Source of the DNA: Gemmatimonadaceae bacterium
GTDB taxonomy: Bacteria > Gemmatimonadota > Gemmatimonadetes > Gemmatimonadales > Gemmatimonadaceae
Direction: 5' to 3'
Assembly (NCBI GenBank): GCA_046261975.1
Contig: JBHENQ010000107.1
Coordinates: 11,006-75,005 of the forward strand
Length of the DNA stretch: 64,000 bases
Every line of letters starts with the position of its first letter. The first letter of the stretch is position 1. Shown piece by piece: positions 27,611-37,898 of the stretch. The notes under the pieces were generated by a model. That model worked only from the letters and a program-made list of their open reading frames with translations. It did no database searches and was not told where the DNA came from. The translations under genes and the position numbers were made by a program.

Positions 27611-30280
27611 CTAGAAGGTATACTGCGTGCGCGCGATCACTAGTCTGCCGATCGTGGGTGCGCCCACGAACTCCCGGTGTCTCTCGTCAAATATGTTCTG
27701 GGCGTTCACGGCAAGCATCAACCCGCGGGCAAACGGGAGACGATACGCAACGTTAATGTCGGCCAGCGTGTACGACTCCACACGGCCTATGTAAACGCCG
27801 GAGTTCATCGGGAAATCGTCAACGTAGCGACCGCGTATCTCGCCCGATAACCCGCTCGTCTGGTTGCGGTATCGAAGGGCCAGCGAACCCTTGCTGCCAG
27901 GCGCATTGAGAGCAAGATCGGAGTTGCCGCCGATTTCGCTCCTGGGGAAGAAGTCCTTACTGACGAATGAGACAGTAGCGGCGACAGACACCACATCTGT
28001 CATGAGCGCCTCGACAGCCAGATCAGCACCCCATAGATCCAGATCGCCGAAGTTCCGATACGTGAGAAAGAGATCGGGGCTGTTGGTGAGAGGATTGTCT
28101 GGTGTCGCAGTTGCAAGCGGAACAGGTCCAACAGCCTGGGCCATCGCTGTGGCCTCGGCTGTAGCGCGCGCCTGCGCCTGCGCCGGCGGCATACCGGCCG
28201 CGATGTACGCCTGCGTGAGCCTGGTCGCCATGTAGGTGCCGAAAGATGTTGGGTCGACAAACACGCTCGGTGTCTCAACGATCAACGGGCCCACGAAATC
28301 AGTCTTCTTCTCGTAGTACACGTCGGCAGCGAGCAGTACGCGCTTCCCCAGCAATCCTTTGTAGCCACCCTCGATCGTGCTGCTGATCGTGGGCCGCAAT
28401 TGGTCGACGTCGACCACGTCCGCCACTGTTGCGCTTGTGAACGGCGGCCCAGTTCCGCTGGTGTTCAGCTTACGCAGCACCGTCTGAACCTGAGCCGGCG
28501 TTGGAGCAGGAATTTGCGAGATATTGATATTTCGGGCGGCAAGCAGACGTACGATCGGTACCCAGAGTCCCGTGATGTCGCTGGCAAGAAAAGCTGTCTG
28601 GTCGGCAGCGAAGGGTGAGCGCACACAGAGTCCGCCGGCGCAATCGCGGCGGAAACGCAGTCCGCCTTCTGGAACCCCTACCGTGCGAATGAAATAGGGC
28701 AGCTGCGCGTTGAGGCGCTGCACCTGAAGATCGAGGAACAGATTGTTGCTGGTTGGAGTGCTGAACGCGCGGTTGTACGTAAGCCTGAAGTTCTGGTCCT
28801 CTACCGGCTTGAAGACGAGCGCCGCGCGCGGCGAGAAAACAGGATCCTCCAGTCGGCTATGGTTATCCACCCGCGCGGCGGCTATGAAATTAAACTTCGG
28901 CGACAGCCTTGTCTCCGTGTGCACGTAGCCGCCAATCTCCGTGATCTTGTCGTCGTCCTCGTTCCGCCCGTTAATCGTGCCATCCGTCCGCGGATCGGTA
29001 TGTTGCACGTCCAGTCCGTAAATGAAATCGAACCGGTCGGCGAAGCCCATCCCGTGCTGAAGCTGTCCGACGTAGAGACGCGACTTGTCGACGATCCTCT
29101 GGCCGGTGCGGAGAAGGAAGGTTGAGTCGGTATTGCTCTGGTTCAGGAAGACCTGGCCAAAGAGACGCTTATGCCGAGCGCGGCCCTGATAGTACGTATA
29201 GTCCCAGTCCCTCGCCTGCGCGGCGCCGATTCCGGTAAGCTCGATCGCGTTGCCGGCAGATGCCCGGCCGACGCCAAATATCACGTCGGTGTTCGTCCCG
29301 GGACGCCAGTCTGCCCGTGCCTCGCCCGTCCAGCGCTCGACCTTGAAGTCACGCTTGTTCACACCGATGCCGGGAAGCGTATCCGGCTCCGCAGGGTCGT
29401 CAAACTCCCAGTCGTCACCCTGCATGTATTGGCCGGAAATCTTGTAACCAAAGGTCTCACCGACCACACCCGCATGCCGTCCCGAGCCAAGGAAGACAGA
29501 GCGCTCTCCGCCACCCACGCTCAGAGTAGTGCCCCTCGACGTGAACGGTGAACGCGAGATGATATGTAGAACACCGTTCGCACTGTTCGGGCCGTAAAGC
29601 GCGGCGCCCGGGCCAAGCACGATCTCGATCTTCTCAATGTCCTCATTCGTTACGGGAATCAGAAACGGCGTGTTGACGCGGAGCGACGGTACGGATGTGT
29701 ATCTGTTGTCCGTCATCGTCAGTAGCGCACCAGAGAAAACATTGCTGAATCCGCGCGCCACCGTGCTACTCTGCATGAGACCGGTCGTCGCGACATCCAC
29801 CCCGGGCTCACCACGAACGTGCTCCACCGGAGTGAGCACCGGACGATCCTCGATTCGTTCGGTTGGAACCACTGAAACCGACGCAGGCGCATCCAGCGCT
29901 TTTTCGGTGGTTCTCGACACTGTGACGACTTGTGGATTGAGCAGCGCGGCGGTGCTGGTCATGGTAGCCGAAGCGACCGTGACTTCGCTCGCGCTCACAC
30001 GAATACCTGGCAGACGCTGTTGCTGGTACCCGATTCGGGAAATCACAACTGTGTAAACGCCGGGCTCCAGATTGACGAGCCGATACTCTCCGTCATCTCC
30101 CGAAAGTGTGGCCGCCGCGACACCGCCGAGCGCTCCGAACGCCTCCACCCGAGCCGCTGGAACGCCCGCGCCAGTCTCGTCGGTTACCTTGCCGCTGATG
30201 ACGCCAGTCTGAGCGCTCGCAGCCGAGGCCGCGAAGATACCAAGCAGTGCGGTTAACAGAAGTCTGATCCGCATGATCAT
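27611..30280 (-). CDS. TonB-dependent outer-membrane receptor with N-terminal carboxypeptidase-regulatory-like domain
   Basis: Signal peptide (MIMRIRLLLTALLGIFAASAASAQ). CarboxypepD_reg-like GKVTDETGAGVPAARVEA. Plug and 22-strand barrel-sized body. C-terminal ...YTF. Start assigned to internal Met (ORF extends to 30325). Confidence 0.85.
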   Translation of the reverse strand: MIMRIRLLLTALLGIFAASAASAQTGVISGKVTDETGAGVPAARVEAFGALGGVAAATLSGDDGEYRLVNLEPGVYTVVISRIGYQQQRLPGIRVSASEVTVASATMTSTAALLNPQVVTVSRTTEKALDAPASVSVVPTERIEDRPVLTPVEHVRGEPGVDVATTGLMQSSTVARGFSNVFSGALLTMTDNRYTSVPSLRVNTPFLIPVTNEDIEKIEIVLGPGAALYGPNSANGVLHIISRSPFTSRGTTLSVGGGERSVFLGSGRHAGVVGETFGYKISGQYMQGDDWEFDDPAEPDTLPGIGVNKRDFKVERWTGEARADWRPGTNTDVIFGVGRASAGNAIELTGIGAAQARDWDYTYYQGRARHKRLFGQVFLNQSNTDSTFLLRTGQRIVDKSRLYVGQLQHGMGFADRFDFIYGLDVQHTDPRTDGTINGRNEDDDKITEIGGYVHTETRLSPKFNFIAAARVDNHSRLEDPVFSPRAALVFKPVEDQNFRLTYNRAFSTPTSNNLFLDLQVQRLNAQLPYFIRTVGVPEGGLRFRRDCAGGLCVRSPFAADQTAFLASDITGLWVPIVRLLAARNINISQIPAPTPAQVQTVLRKLNTSGTGPPFTSATVADVVDVDQLRPTISSTIEGGYKGLLGKRVLLAADVYYEKKTDFVGPLIVETPSVFVDPTSFGTYMATRLTQAYIAAGMPPAQAQARATAEATAMAQAVGPVPLATATPDNPLTNSPDLFLTYRNFGDLDLWGADLAVEALMTDVVSVAATVSFVSKDFFPRSEIGGNSDLALNAPGSKGSLALRYRNQTSGLSGEIRGRYVDDFPMNSGVYIGRVESYTLADINVAYRLPFARGLMLAVNAQNIFDERHREFVGAPTIGRLVIARTQYTF

Positions 30281-30374
30281 TACGCACCTCGTTGATGAAG
30301 GTCTGAAGCCTTTATTTGCGTTCACAGTTCGCTTTGCGACATACGTAATTGTACGTAGTCATGGTCGTGAAGAG

Positions 30375-30458
30375 CGGGTGTGGGGTGTCGGGTGTGGGGT
30401 GTCGGGTCTGAGATTTGGTCTGTTTCCTGTTAGCTGTTCCCTGTGAGCTGTTCGCTGG
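30375..30458. repeat. GGGTGTG/GGGTGTC heptamer array followed by CTGTTNC-type repeats upstream of the TonB receptor gene
   Basis: gggtgtggggtgtcgggtgtggggtgtcgggtc then ctgtttcctgttagctgttccctgtgagctgttcgctgg read directly. Confidence 0.8.
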
Positions 30459-30459
30459 T

Positions 30460-31818
30460 TCAAAGGCTCCATCCAGCACGATAGACTGGACGCAAATACT
30501 CGTCAGGTATTTGTGCGTTCGTGATCTGGCCCGTGGCGGGGTTGAGTTCGAGGGTTCGCCCAACGCGTACTGCCAAGTTACCCAACAGTATCATCTCGGT
30601 GAGCGGACCAGCGTGGTCCACGAAATTCGATCCCGCCTTTGCGCCTCCTTTACAGGCGTCCACCCATTCGGAATAGACACCTTTGGTGCGGGCGAACGTC
30701 TGCTTCGGCGGAGTCGCCTTGAGCTCCATGTTCTGCTTCTCGTCTGAAGTTCGTGGATTATCGCCGTAGGTGCCCGCTACCAGAGTACCCTTGTCGCCGA
30801 CCCACAGCTGGCCGCTATCCTCGAACGGCCAGAGAGACTCGATAGGCCAGTCCGCCGGCCGGGAGGGCGTGATGCTTCCGTCTCGCCAAACAAGTTTGAC
30901 TGGTGGTCGACTCCCACGTGCGGGAAACTCGAACTCGATTCGCGAGGCTCTCGGCGCAGTCTCCGGATTCAGTTGCGTGCTTTCCGGGATTATGCGCGAA
31001 GGGTAGCGAAGGTCGAGCACCCAGAATGCGGCATCCATTATGTGGCACGCCATGTCGCCGAGCGCACCCGTCCCGAAGTCCCACCAGCCGCGCCAGTTGA
31101 AAGGAGAATAACCCGGATGATAGGGTCGCGCCGCTGCAGGTCCGAGCCACAAATCCCAGTCGAGCGTGGGCGGTACGTGATGCATGTCGGTTGGCCGGTT
31201 GACTCCCTGAGGCCAGATTGGACGATTCGTCCAGAATTGCACTTCGCTAACCGTACCGATGACCCCAGCCTCCACCCATTCCCGGATCTGGCGTGTACCC
31301 TCGTTCGCGTGACCCTGGTTCCCCATCTGCGTCGCGCCTTTCGAGCGCTTGGCCTGGTCCACGAGCGCACGCACCTCGCTCACGGTCCGCGCGAGCGGTT
31401 TCTGACAGTAGACGTGCTTACCCATCTTGAGCGCCATCATCGCGGCCACGGCATGAGTGTGGTCCGGCGTCGAGACCGTTACCGCGTCTATGTTCTTTCC
31501 GTCTTTCTCGAGCAGCTCGCGAAAATCGCGAAAGCGTTTCGCGCGTGGGTACGTTCCAAAGGCGTTCTGCGCCATGCGCCAGTCCACGTCACAAAGGGCG
31601 TAGATGTTCTCGCCGGCAACGCCGGTTACATCGTTACGGCCCATGCCGCCGACTCCGATGCAAGCGATGTCAAGCGTGTCACTCGGCGCCCGATATCCGC
31701 GTCCCAGCACGTGTCGTGGAACGATCGTGAATGCGAGTCCAGCCATCGCGACTTCGCTCACAAAGCTCCTGCGCGACACAGGATCGGCCTTAACCCCTCC
31801 TCGGGCTCCAGCGTGCAC
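30460..31818 (-). CDS. Gfo/Idh/MocA family oxidoreductase, TAT-exported
   Basis: Twin-arginine signal (SRRSFVSEVAMAGLAF), Rossmann GVGGMG, family EKP-type motif (CQKPLA). 452 aa. Confidence 0.8.
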   Translation of the reverse strand: MHAGARGGVKADPVSRRSFVSEVAMAGLAFTIVPRHVLGRGYRAPSDTLDIACIGVGGMGRNDVTGVAGENIYALCDVDWRMAQNAFGTYPRAKRFRDFRELLEKDGKNIDAVTVSTPDHTHAVAAMMALKMGKHVYCQKPLARTVSEVRALVDQAKRSKGATQMGNQGHANEGTRQIREWVEAGVIGTVSEVQFWTNRPIWPQGVNRPTDMHHVPPTLDWDLWLGPAAARPYHPGYSPFNWRGWWDFGTGALGDMACHIMDAAFWVLDLRYPSRIIPESTQLNPETAPRASRIEFEFPARGSRPPVKLVWRDGSITPSRPADWPIESLWPFEDSGQLWVGDKGTLVAGTYGDNPRTSDEKQNMELKATPPKQTFARTKGVYSEWVDACKGGAKAGSNFVDHAGPLTEMILLGNLAVRVGRTLELNPATGQITNAQIPDEYLRPVYRAGWSL

Positions 31819-31829
31819 GCGATACTCCT

Positions 31830-33062
31830 CTATTTGGCTGCCGCGATGGCGGTTTCGCCTGCCGCCCTAGAGGGCTCGCGAGGGCGAAACAGCACAGCGA
31901 ACACTACTAGGATCACGGCCGCACCCGCAGCAGGGACCAGCCAGATCGCACGCCAGTCGTGTGTCACTACTCCGGTGATACCGGTCGCACTGTACGCTTC
32001 CACCACCGCACCTGACACGAGCGCCCCTATGAACAGCCCCACACCCTGCGTGACGAACGCTATGAAACCCTGCGCCGCAGCGCGAATCTTCACGGACGCC
32101 TGTTGATCCACGAATATCTGGCCGGTCACGAAGAAAAAGTCGTAGCAGATGCCATGAAGGAGGATACCCAGGTAGAGCATCCAGGCGAGCGGACCCGCGT
32201 CCCCGTAGGCGAAGAGCGTATATCGCATTGCCCATGCGAGCATTCCAATGAGCAATAGCTTCTTCACGCCAAGCCGAATCAGAAACCATGGCATGAGAAT
32301 CATGAAGCCGATCTCGGACATCTGCCCCAGCGTCATCTTCGTCGCAGGCTCCGCCATTCCAATTTCGTTCAAAAATGGGTTCGTAAAGGCGTAGTAGAAC
32401 TGGAGCGGTATACAGAGCAGGAAGGACCCTACCACGAAGGTGGCGAAAGACCTGTCCTTGAGAAGCGACAGCGCATCCAGCCCCAGGACATCGCGCACGG
32501 CGAGCGGCTTCCCGGCGGCGTGTGGCGGCGTGTGCGGAAGTAGAAGCGAGTAGGCGCCCAGCGCGAACGATGCTCCCGCCGCAATGCGCATTGGAATCGC
32601 TGAAGCTTCCAGGCCCAAGCGGCCAACGATCAAACCGGCGACGATCCACCCGATGGTTCCAAGCACACGGATACGCGGAAACTCACGCGCGGAATCCTGG
32701 ACATTGTCGAACGATATTGAGTTGGTGAGGGCCAGAGTCGGCATGTAGCAGAGGGCGTACGCGATGAGCACGGGGTAGAGCGCCCCGAACGACGTAAGCG
32801 TCGAGGCATAGTAGAGTAGCAAGCCTCCGATGACATGAAGGGCGGCAAGAATCTTCTCGGTGGAGAAGAATCGATCCGCGATCATACCTACGAAAAACGG
32901 CGAGATCATCGCCGCGATTGCCGTGCTGCCGAAGACGAGTCCAACCTGCGTCCCGTCGAACTTGAGCGTCGTCCCCAGGTAGGTGCCCAAGGTCACGAAC
33001 CAGGCGCCCCATATGAAATACTGGAGAAACATCATGACTGAGAGCTTCGTGCGGTTGCTCAT
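31830..33062 (-). CDS. MFS transporter of the nucleoside:H+ symporter (NHS) type
   Basis: 12-TM pattern. N-terminal [26 protein letters not shown] resembles NupG/XapB-type MFS permeases. Start at internal ATG 33060-33062. Confidence 0.65.
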   Translation of the reverse strand: MSNRTKLSVMMFLQYFIWGAWFVTLGTYLGTTLKFDGTQVGLVFGSTAIAAMISPFFVGMIADRFFSTEKILAALHVIGGLLLYYASTLTSFGALYPVLIAYALCYMPTLALTNSISFDNVQDSAREFPRIRVLGTIGWIVAGLIVGRLGLEASAIPMRIAAGASFALGAYSLLLPHTPPHAAGKPLAVRDVLGLDALSLLKDRSFATFVVGSFLLCIPLQFYYAFTNPFLNEIGMAEPATKMTLGQMSEIGFMILMPWFLIRLGVKKLLLIGMLAWAMRYTLFAYGDAGPLAWMLYLGILLHGICYDFFFVTGQIFVDQQASVKIRAAAQGFIAFVTQGVGLFIGALVSGAVVEAYSATGITGVVTHDWRAIWLVPAAGAAVILVVFAVLFRPREPSRAAGETAIAAAK

Positions 33063-33064
33063 CA

Positions 33065-33799
33065 CTAAAGCTCTCGAATCATGATGTTGCGATAGGCCAC
33101 CCAATCCCCGTGATCCTGCAGGGCTATGTGGCCCTTGGGCTCTCGGCCGTATCTCGGTGTCTCGCTGAACTTTGTCTTGCGGACACGATCCTCCCAGTCG
33201 GGGCTGCCGAGTTCGTATTCAACTACCTTTGTCCCGTTGAGCCAGTGCTCGACGTGGTTACCATCCACCACTAGGCGTGCCTCGTTCCATTCGCCCGCGG
33301 GCCGTACTACACCGCGGGGTGCAGGATAAATAGCATACGCGGCTCCAGCGGATGTCTCAGGTCGCTTACCGTCGGCATGTTTGGCGTCGTCCAGAACCTG
33401 CATCTCCGGGCCGCTCTTGTGGACGCCGTCTTCGGCCTCGGTTACGCGAAAGAAGATCCCGCTGTTGCCGCCTGGCGCAACCTTCCATTCGAGCTTGAGC
33501 TCGAAATCGTCGAACTGCTCGGTGGTAATGATGTCGCCCCCTTGCGCTACCCGTGTCAACGCGCCGTCGACGACCTTCCAGCCGGCGGGCAAGGAGTCCG
33601 ATCGGAAGCCTCGCCATTGGCGAGTCGTCTGGCCATCGAATAGCGGCCGCCATTCACTCATTCGATTTTCCCGCGTAACAACTCCAGAATCAGCAGAAGC
33701 AGAGCCCACTTGCTGCGTGCTGCTGCACGAAGCAGTCGCTATCGCGATTCCACTCGCGACGATAGACGCTGCGATCCGAATGCCCGGATGATGACCCAT
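33065..33799 (-). CDS. DUF1080 (3-keto-disaccharide hydrolase / laminin-G-like) lipoprotein
   Basis: C-terminal [21 protein letters not shown] is the characteristic DUF1080 ending. Lipoprotein-like signal (IAIATASC). Start at ATG 33797-33799. Confidence 0.7.
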   Translation of the reverse strand: MGHHPGIRIAASIVASGIAIATASCSSTQQVGSASADSGVVTRENRMSEWRPLFDGQTTRQWRGFRSDSLPAGWKVVDGALTRVAQGGDIITTEQFDDFELKLEWKVAPGGNSGIFFRVTEAEDGVHKSGPEMQVLDDAKHADGKRPETSAGAAYAIYPAPRGVVRPAGEWNEARLVVDGNHVEHWLNGTKVVEYELGSPDWEDRVRKTKFSETPRYGREPKGHIALQDHGDWVAYRNIMIREL

Positions 33800-34237
33800 A
33801 TATCGTCTCCGGCGATTAAGAGCTGGCGAGGTCATGGAACGGAGATGAATCCGCGCCGTGGTTGAGGCTCGGAGCAGGGGCCAACATACGAAAGCGGTCC
33901 TGCGATGGGAAGACAAGCGAAATCGCCGCTGCCTTGCAGGTGTCTCGGCGTACGCCGGATCAGATCGGTTGAGAGTACGTCAACAGAACCGACCCTATTT
34001 CATTGGGATTGTTGTGCGTGAGGGTTGCCCAGTCGGACGAAAAGGCGTCCGCATGTTCGCGATGCTCCTTGCAGCTCGTTGGCCCCATGAAGTTGCCCAC
34101 GAGGTGCACTACAATTGCTGACGGAACACCCGCAATTCAGAATCGGTCGGGTAACGAGCTCATGTCCATCGTGAGACGTTGGGCGGCTCGGATCGCCGCC
34201 CCTGACAAAGAAATCACTGGATTGCGCTATGGACCAC

Positions 34238-34267
34238 CTATCATATATACTAGTTGATCTTTATAAT
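34238..34267 (+). promoter_or_regulatory. sigma70-like promoter in an AT-rich island (CTATCA - 18 nt - TATAAT) upstream of the ATPase gene
   Basis: Perfect -10 TATAAT at 34262-34267. Surrounding 60 nt are AT-rich with a near-palindrome TATCATATATA...TATAATGATATA, in an otherwise about 65 percent GC window. Confidence 0.35.
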
Positions 34268-34301
34268 GATATAGTTTCGAAACAGCCTCACCCTGCCTAA
34301 A

Positions 34302-35810
34302 TTGCGCGGTTCTGACAAAGGTCTCATAGCCCGACACAGGGAACTGAGTGATCTCCGAGCCATGCATGCCAAATCGGGGTTTAACTTGGTACTTGTACAT
34401 GGTAAGAGACGCGTGGGGAAGACCAGGCTTCTTTCCCACGTCTGGCCGCACGACCAGGTGTTTTACTTCGCAGCCGCCGATGCGACCGGGACGATTAACC
34501 GTCGGGAGCTAATTCTCGCCGCCAATCGCCGTTTCGAGCTCGAGCTCGATCCTGCGGACTTCCACTCCTGGGAGGCAGTTTTTCGTGCTCTGCTCGAATT
34601 CGGCTCACCGGCACCCATCGCGATTGTTCTGGACGAATTCCATCACGTCGTTGCCGCCGACGCTGGCGTCACAGAGCAGCTCGAGGCCGCGCTGAGGGTA
34701 AGACGAACTAGGCGTTCTTCCGCTCTCGTCCTTTGCGGATCAGCCGATCAGACCATGTCGGGTCTCCAGGCCGCGGATTCGCCGCTACGCAGCCGCTTTG
34801 ATACCGTTCTCGAGCTACAACCTTTCGATTACCGTGACGCGGCAGAGTTCACGCCAACGGCGAGCTTGCGCGAGTGTGCATACATGTACGGCATCTTCGG
34901 CGGAATGCCGGGCTACCTCAGCGCCATCGATCCGGAACGACGTCTCGCGGATAACGTGGCCGCAGAAATGCTCGCGTCCGAAGGCAAGGTACGCGTTCAG
35001 ATCGAAACCGGGATCGACCAGGAGCGCGGGCTGCGGCATCAACATGAGTACAAGGCCATCCTCCGGGCTATCGGAGCCGGAAGCAGAATGGCCAGCGAGA
35101 TCGCAGAAAACGCGGGCACAGAGCCTGGCACTTCCACCAAGGTCATGCTTGAAAAACTTGCCCGACTGGGCTACGTCACGAGCGAACGAAGCTTCGGGGC
35201 GAAACACACCCATGCGTTTGAGTACCATCTGGCGGACCCGGCCCACAGGTTTCACTACGAGCTCGTTGAACCCTTCCGCTCCGAGCTCACGATCCATGAA
35301 CCCATCACGGTATGGCTGGATCGCATTGCAGCCCGTGTTCCGGCTTACATGAGACGGGTTTTCGAGTTGATGGTCCGGCAGGCCTACCAGCGCCACCACT
35401 TACGGCTGCGGCTTCCACCGGTAGTAGAATGGGGTCGATGGGTTGGCTCATCCGGCAGTCAGAGGGGTGGAAGCCGCGATCCTCAAAGGAGCTCCCATGA
35501 GATCGGCATCGTGGCCAGGCTCCAGGACGGTCGCATGCTCACGGGCGCCGCAGTGTGGGGGAAGTTGACACCGGAGGCTCATGCACGGCATCTGAGCTCC
35601 CTGCGCGCCCTCGCGACCACAGGCTACGAGTGGGCGCGCGAGGCGCTGGATACCAAAGCCCTGTTGCTCTACGCTGCCAGCGATTCAGTTCCGGCCGACT
35701 TCGGTGAAAGCACTGCTGCCGGCCGTACAATCATCGCCTGGACACTCGAAGACCTCTATCACGGACGCGAAGCGCGACTGCTCGCACGTCCCTACCAGGC
35801 GATGCCGTAG
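34302..35810 (+). CDS. AAA-type ATPase of the archaeal-ATPase (PF01637-like) plus DUF234 family
   Basis: TTG start. N-terminal ARHRELSDL then Walker A LVHGKRRVGKTRLL, Walker B IVLDEF. C-terminal winged-helix-like DUF234 region. Confidence 0.65.
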   Translation: MRGSDKGLIARHRELSDLRAMHAKSGFNLVLVHGKRRVGKTRLLSHVWPHDQVFYFAAADATGTINRRELILAANRRFELELDPADFHSWEAVFRALLEFGSPAPIAIVLDEFHHVVAADAGVTEQLEAALRVRRTRRSSALVLCGSADQTMSGLQAADSPLRSRFDTVLELQPFDYRDAAEFTPTASLRECAYMYGIFGGMPGYLSAIDPERRLADNVAAEMLASEGKVRVQIETGIDQERGLRHQHEYKAILRAIGAGSRMASEIAENAGTEPGTSTKVMLEKLARLGYVTSERSFGAKHTHAFEYHLADPAHRFHYELVEPFRSELTIHEPITVWLDRIAARVPAYMRRVFELMVRQAYQRHHLRLRLPPVVEWGRWVGSSGSQRGGSRDPQRSSHEIGIVARLQDGRMLTGAAVWGKLTPEAHARHLSSLRALATTGYEWAREALDTKALLLYAASDSVPADFGESTAAGRTIIAWTLEDLYHGREARLLARPYQAMP

Positions 35811-37687
35811 TCCTCGCCGTGGTGGCTCGATGCCCCCCACATGGTGCCGTGCTTCCTGTCGAACATTATCGCGTTGATAGGCCCCGATGTGCGCTCCTCG
35901 AACTCCAGTTCGTAGCCCATCTTCCGAAGCTCGACCCGGACCGAATCGGGTGTGGACGACGACAGCAACATGCGGCCCGGCCGAGCTTCGTGCGCACCGA
36001 AGGAGGATCGCATCTGGTAACTGTTGATGTTTGCGGCTTCGGCCGACTGTTGCGGAGTCATCCCAAACTCCACGATGTTGAGAAAGAACTGCAGGAGATT
36101 CTGATCCTGCGAGTCACCACCCTGCACCGCGAAGGACAGGAACGGTAGTCCGTCCTTGAGCGCGATTGTTGGCGTGAGCGTCACTCGGGGACGCTTCCCA
36201 GGTTCTATCACGTTGTATGGACCATCCTTCACGTCCGTGACGAAACTCTGGGCACGCTGGCTCAAACCGATGCCTGTGCGCCCGGCTATCACCGCGGGGA
36301 CCCAACCCCCACTCGGCGTTATCGATACCACCCACCCTTCCTTGTCGGCGGTTTCGATGGAAGTAGTACCAGCATAGAACTGCCTCTTGAAGTCGGAATC
36401 CGAGAGGGTCGCATCACTCTGCGGGATGGGCCGGTCTTGTTCGCCGCTCTTCTTGAGCGTGTCGGGTGCCGGGATCACTGTCCATCTTGCCAAGATGTCC
36501 TTGAAAGGGTTCGTGCCGCCTTGAAAGGCGTACGGATCGCCTGGCTTGATCTCGGGATTGTTGCGCGACCAGTCGATCTCCTTCCCGCGCGACTGGGCAT
36601 ACTCCTTGGACAACAGCCCTTTCACCGGCTCCTCAGGGGCAAAATAAGGATCGCCGTAATAAAAATCCCTGTCTGCGAAGGCGAGGTTCATCACCTGATA
36701 CAGCGCATGGATGTACTTTGGCGAATTGTACTTCATCTCCTTCACATCCATGCCCTCGATCATGTTGAGCGCCTGAAGCATTGCCGGCCCCTGCTGCCAC
36801 ATTGGGAGTTTGTATACCGTTATGCCCTTGTACGTGGTGCTGAGGGGTTCCTCGATTCGCACCTTCCATTCGCTCAGGTTCTGGACAGTGATGAGCCCTC
36901 CTTCTTCCTGGACGCCGCGCGCCAGTTCGCGCGCAATGTCACCCCTGTAGAAACGATCGTTGGCAGCATATATCGCCTCTTTCCGGCTCTTTCCCTTTCG
37001 CAGCGCCTGGCGCTCCGCGTCCACGAGCTTTCGAAGAGTCGCCGCCAGAATTTTCTGGACGAACATCTCGCCAGCGTACGCCGCTTCTCGCTCTTCGCCT
37101 TTATGCGGTAGATATACGAGTTGTGAGTATTTCCACTGCTTTATCAACTCCTTATTCCGTTCAATTGAGTTCGCTGCCTGCGCTTCTATGGGATAGCCAT
37201 CAGCCATCTGGATCGCGGGAGCGAGCACATCCTCGAGCGACATCGTGCCATACTCGGCGAGCATCGTCATGAGTCCGCCTGGCGTTCCGGGCGTTACAGC
37301 CGCGAGCGGACCATACTCCGGCGGATAACGATGTCCCTTGCTGCGGTAGAACTCGGCCGTCGCACCCGTCGGCGCCACACCGAGCGCGTTGATGCCGATC
37401 ACCTTCCTGAGCTTTGGATGATAGAGAAGCGCCTGGGTCTCGCCGCCCCAGGACAGGACGTCCCACATGGTCGCGACCGCTCCAAGCATTGCGCACGCAG
37501 CATCCACCGCATTCCCGCCTTTCTGAAACATCATGGCCCCGGCAGTGGCGCCTAACGGCTTACCAGTTATGGCGATCCAGTGTCTGGCGTGCAGGGGCGG
37601 CTTTGCTGTGCGCTGCGCGGAAAGTGGCAGCGCGCTGAGCGATACCATTGTCACCGCAAGCGCGCCACATAGCTGATGTGTGTGCAT
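35792..37687 (-). CDS. ggt: gamma-glutamyltransferase
   Basis: Signal peptide. GGT N-terminal pattern (GGNAVDAACAMLGAV) and autoprocessing Thr nucleophile region AGTTSIETADKEGWVVSITPS. Start at Met 37685-37687. The longer ORF to 37939 is a translation of the repeat arrays. Confidence 0.85.
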   Translation of the reverse strand: MHTHQLCGALAVTMVSLSALPLSAQRTAKPPLHARHWIAITGKPLGATAGAMMFQKGGNAVDAACAMLGAVATMWDVLSWGGETQALLYHPKLRKVIGINALGVAPTGATAEFYRSKGHRYPPEYGPLAAVTPGTPGGLMTMLAEYGTMSLEDVLAPAIQMADGYPIEAQAANSIERNKELIKQWKYSQLVYLPHKGEEREAAYAGEMFVQKILAATLRKLVDAERQALRKGKSRKEAIYAANDRFYRGDIARELARGVQEEGGLITVQNLSEWKVRIEEPLSTTYKGITVYKLPMWQQGPAMLQALNMIEGMDVKEMKYNSPKYIHALYQVMNLAFADRDFYYGDPYFAPEEPVKGLLSKEYAQSRGKEIDWSRNNPEIKPGDPYAFQGGTNPFKDILARWTVIPAPDTLKKSGEQDRPIPQSDATLSDSDFKRQFYAGTTSIETADKEGWVVSITPSGGWVPAVIAGRTGIGLSQRAQSFVTDVKDGPYNVIEPGKRPRVTLTPTIALKDGLPFLSFAVQGGDSQDQNLLQFFLNIVEFGMTPQQSAEAANINSYQMRSSFGAHEARPGRMLLSSSTPDSVRVELRKMGYELEFEERTSGPINAIMFDRKHGTMWGASSHHGEDYGIAW

Positions 37688-37890
37688 GGAGTCGGGAGTC
37701 GGGAGTCGGGAGTCGGGAGTCGGGAGTCGGGAGTCGGGAGTCGGGAGTCGGGAAGAGCTTTGAAAGGAATATAAGGAGAAAGAGAATAGGGAATAGGAAC
37801 CATCCCTATTCCCTATCCCTATCCCGACTCCCGACTCCCGACTCCCGACTCCCGACTCCCGACACCCGACACCCGACACCCGACACCCGA
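37688..37890. repeat. nested inverted heptamer arrays: (GAGTCGG)x9 ... (AATAGGG)x2 / (TCCCTAT)x3 ... (GACTCCC)x5 (GACACCC)x5
   Basis: Read directly. About 200-nt two-level palindrome between the lipoprotein gene stop (37899) and the ggt start (37687). Confidence 0.95.
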
Positions 37891-37898
37891 CACCCGAG

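Noticed and set aside
27402-27614. ORFs translated from the heptamer arrays (27402..27614 SGIGNRESGIGNRES; 37648..37998 SGVGSRESGVG/RLPTPDS; the N-terminal 84 codons of the long ggt ORF 35792..37939; 37819..38076)
   Set aside because: Periodic peptide repeats are a direct read-out of 7-nt tandem DNA repeats. They have no start context and overlap real genes.
33917-34300. ORFs 33858..34121(+) and 34003..34257(+) in the gap upstream of the ATPase gene
   Set aside because: Short, no RBS, no domain. The region is better explained as promoter/leader of the ATPase gene.
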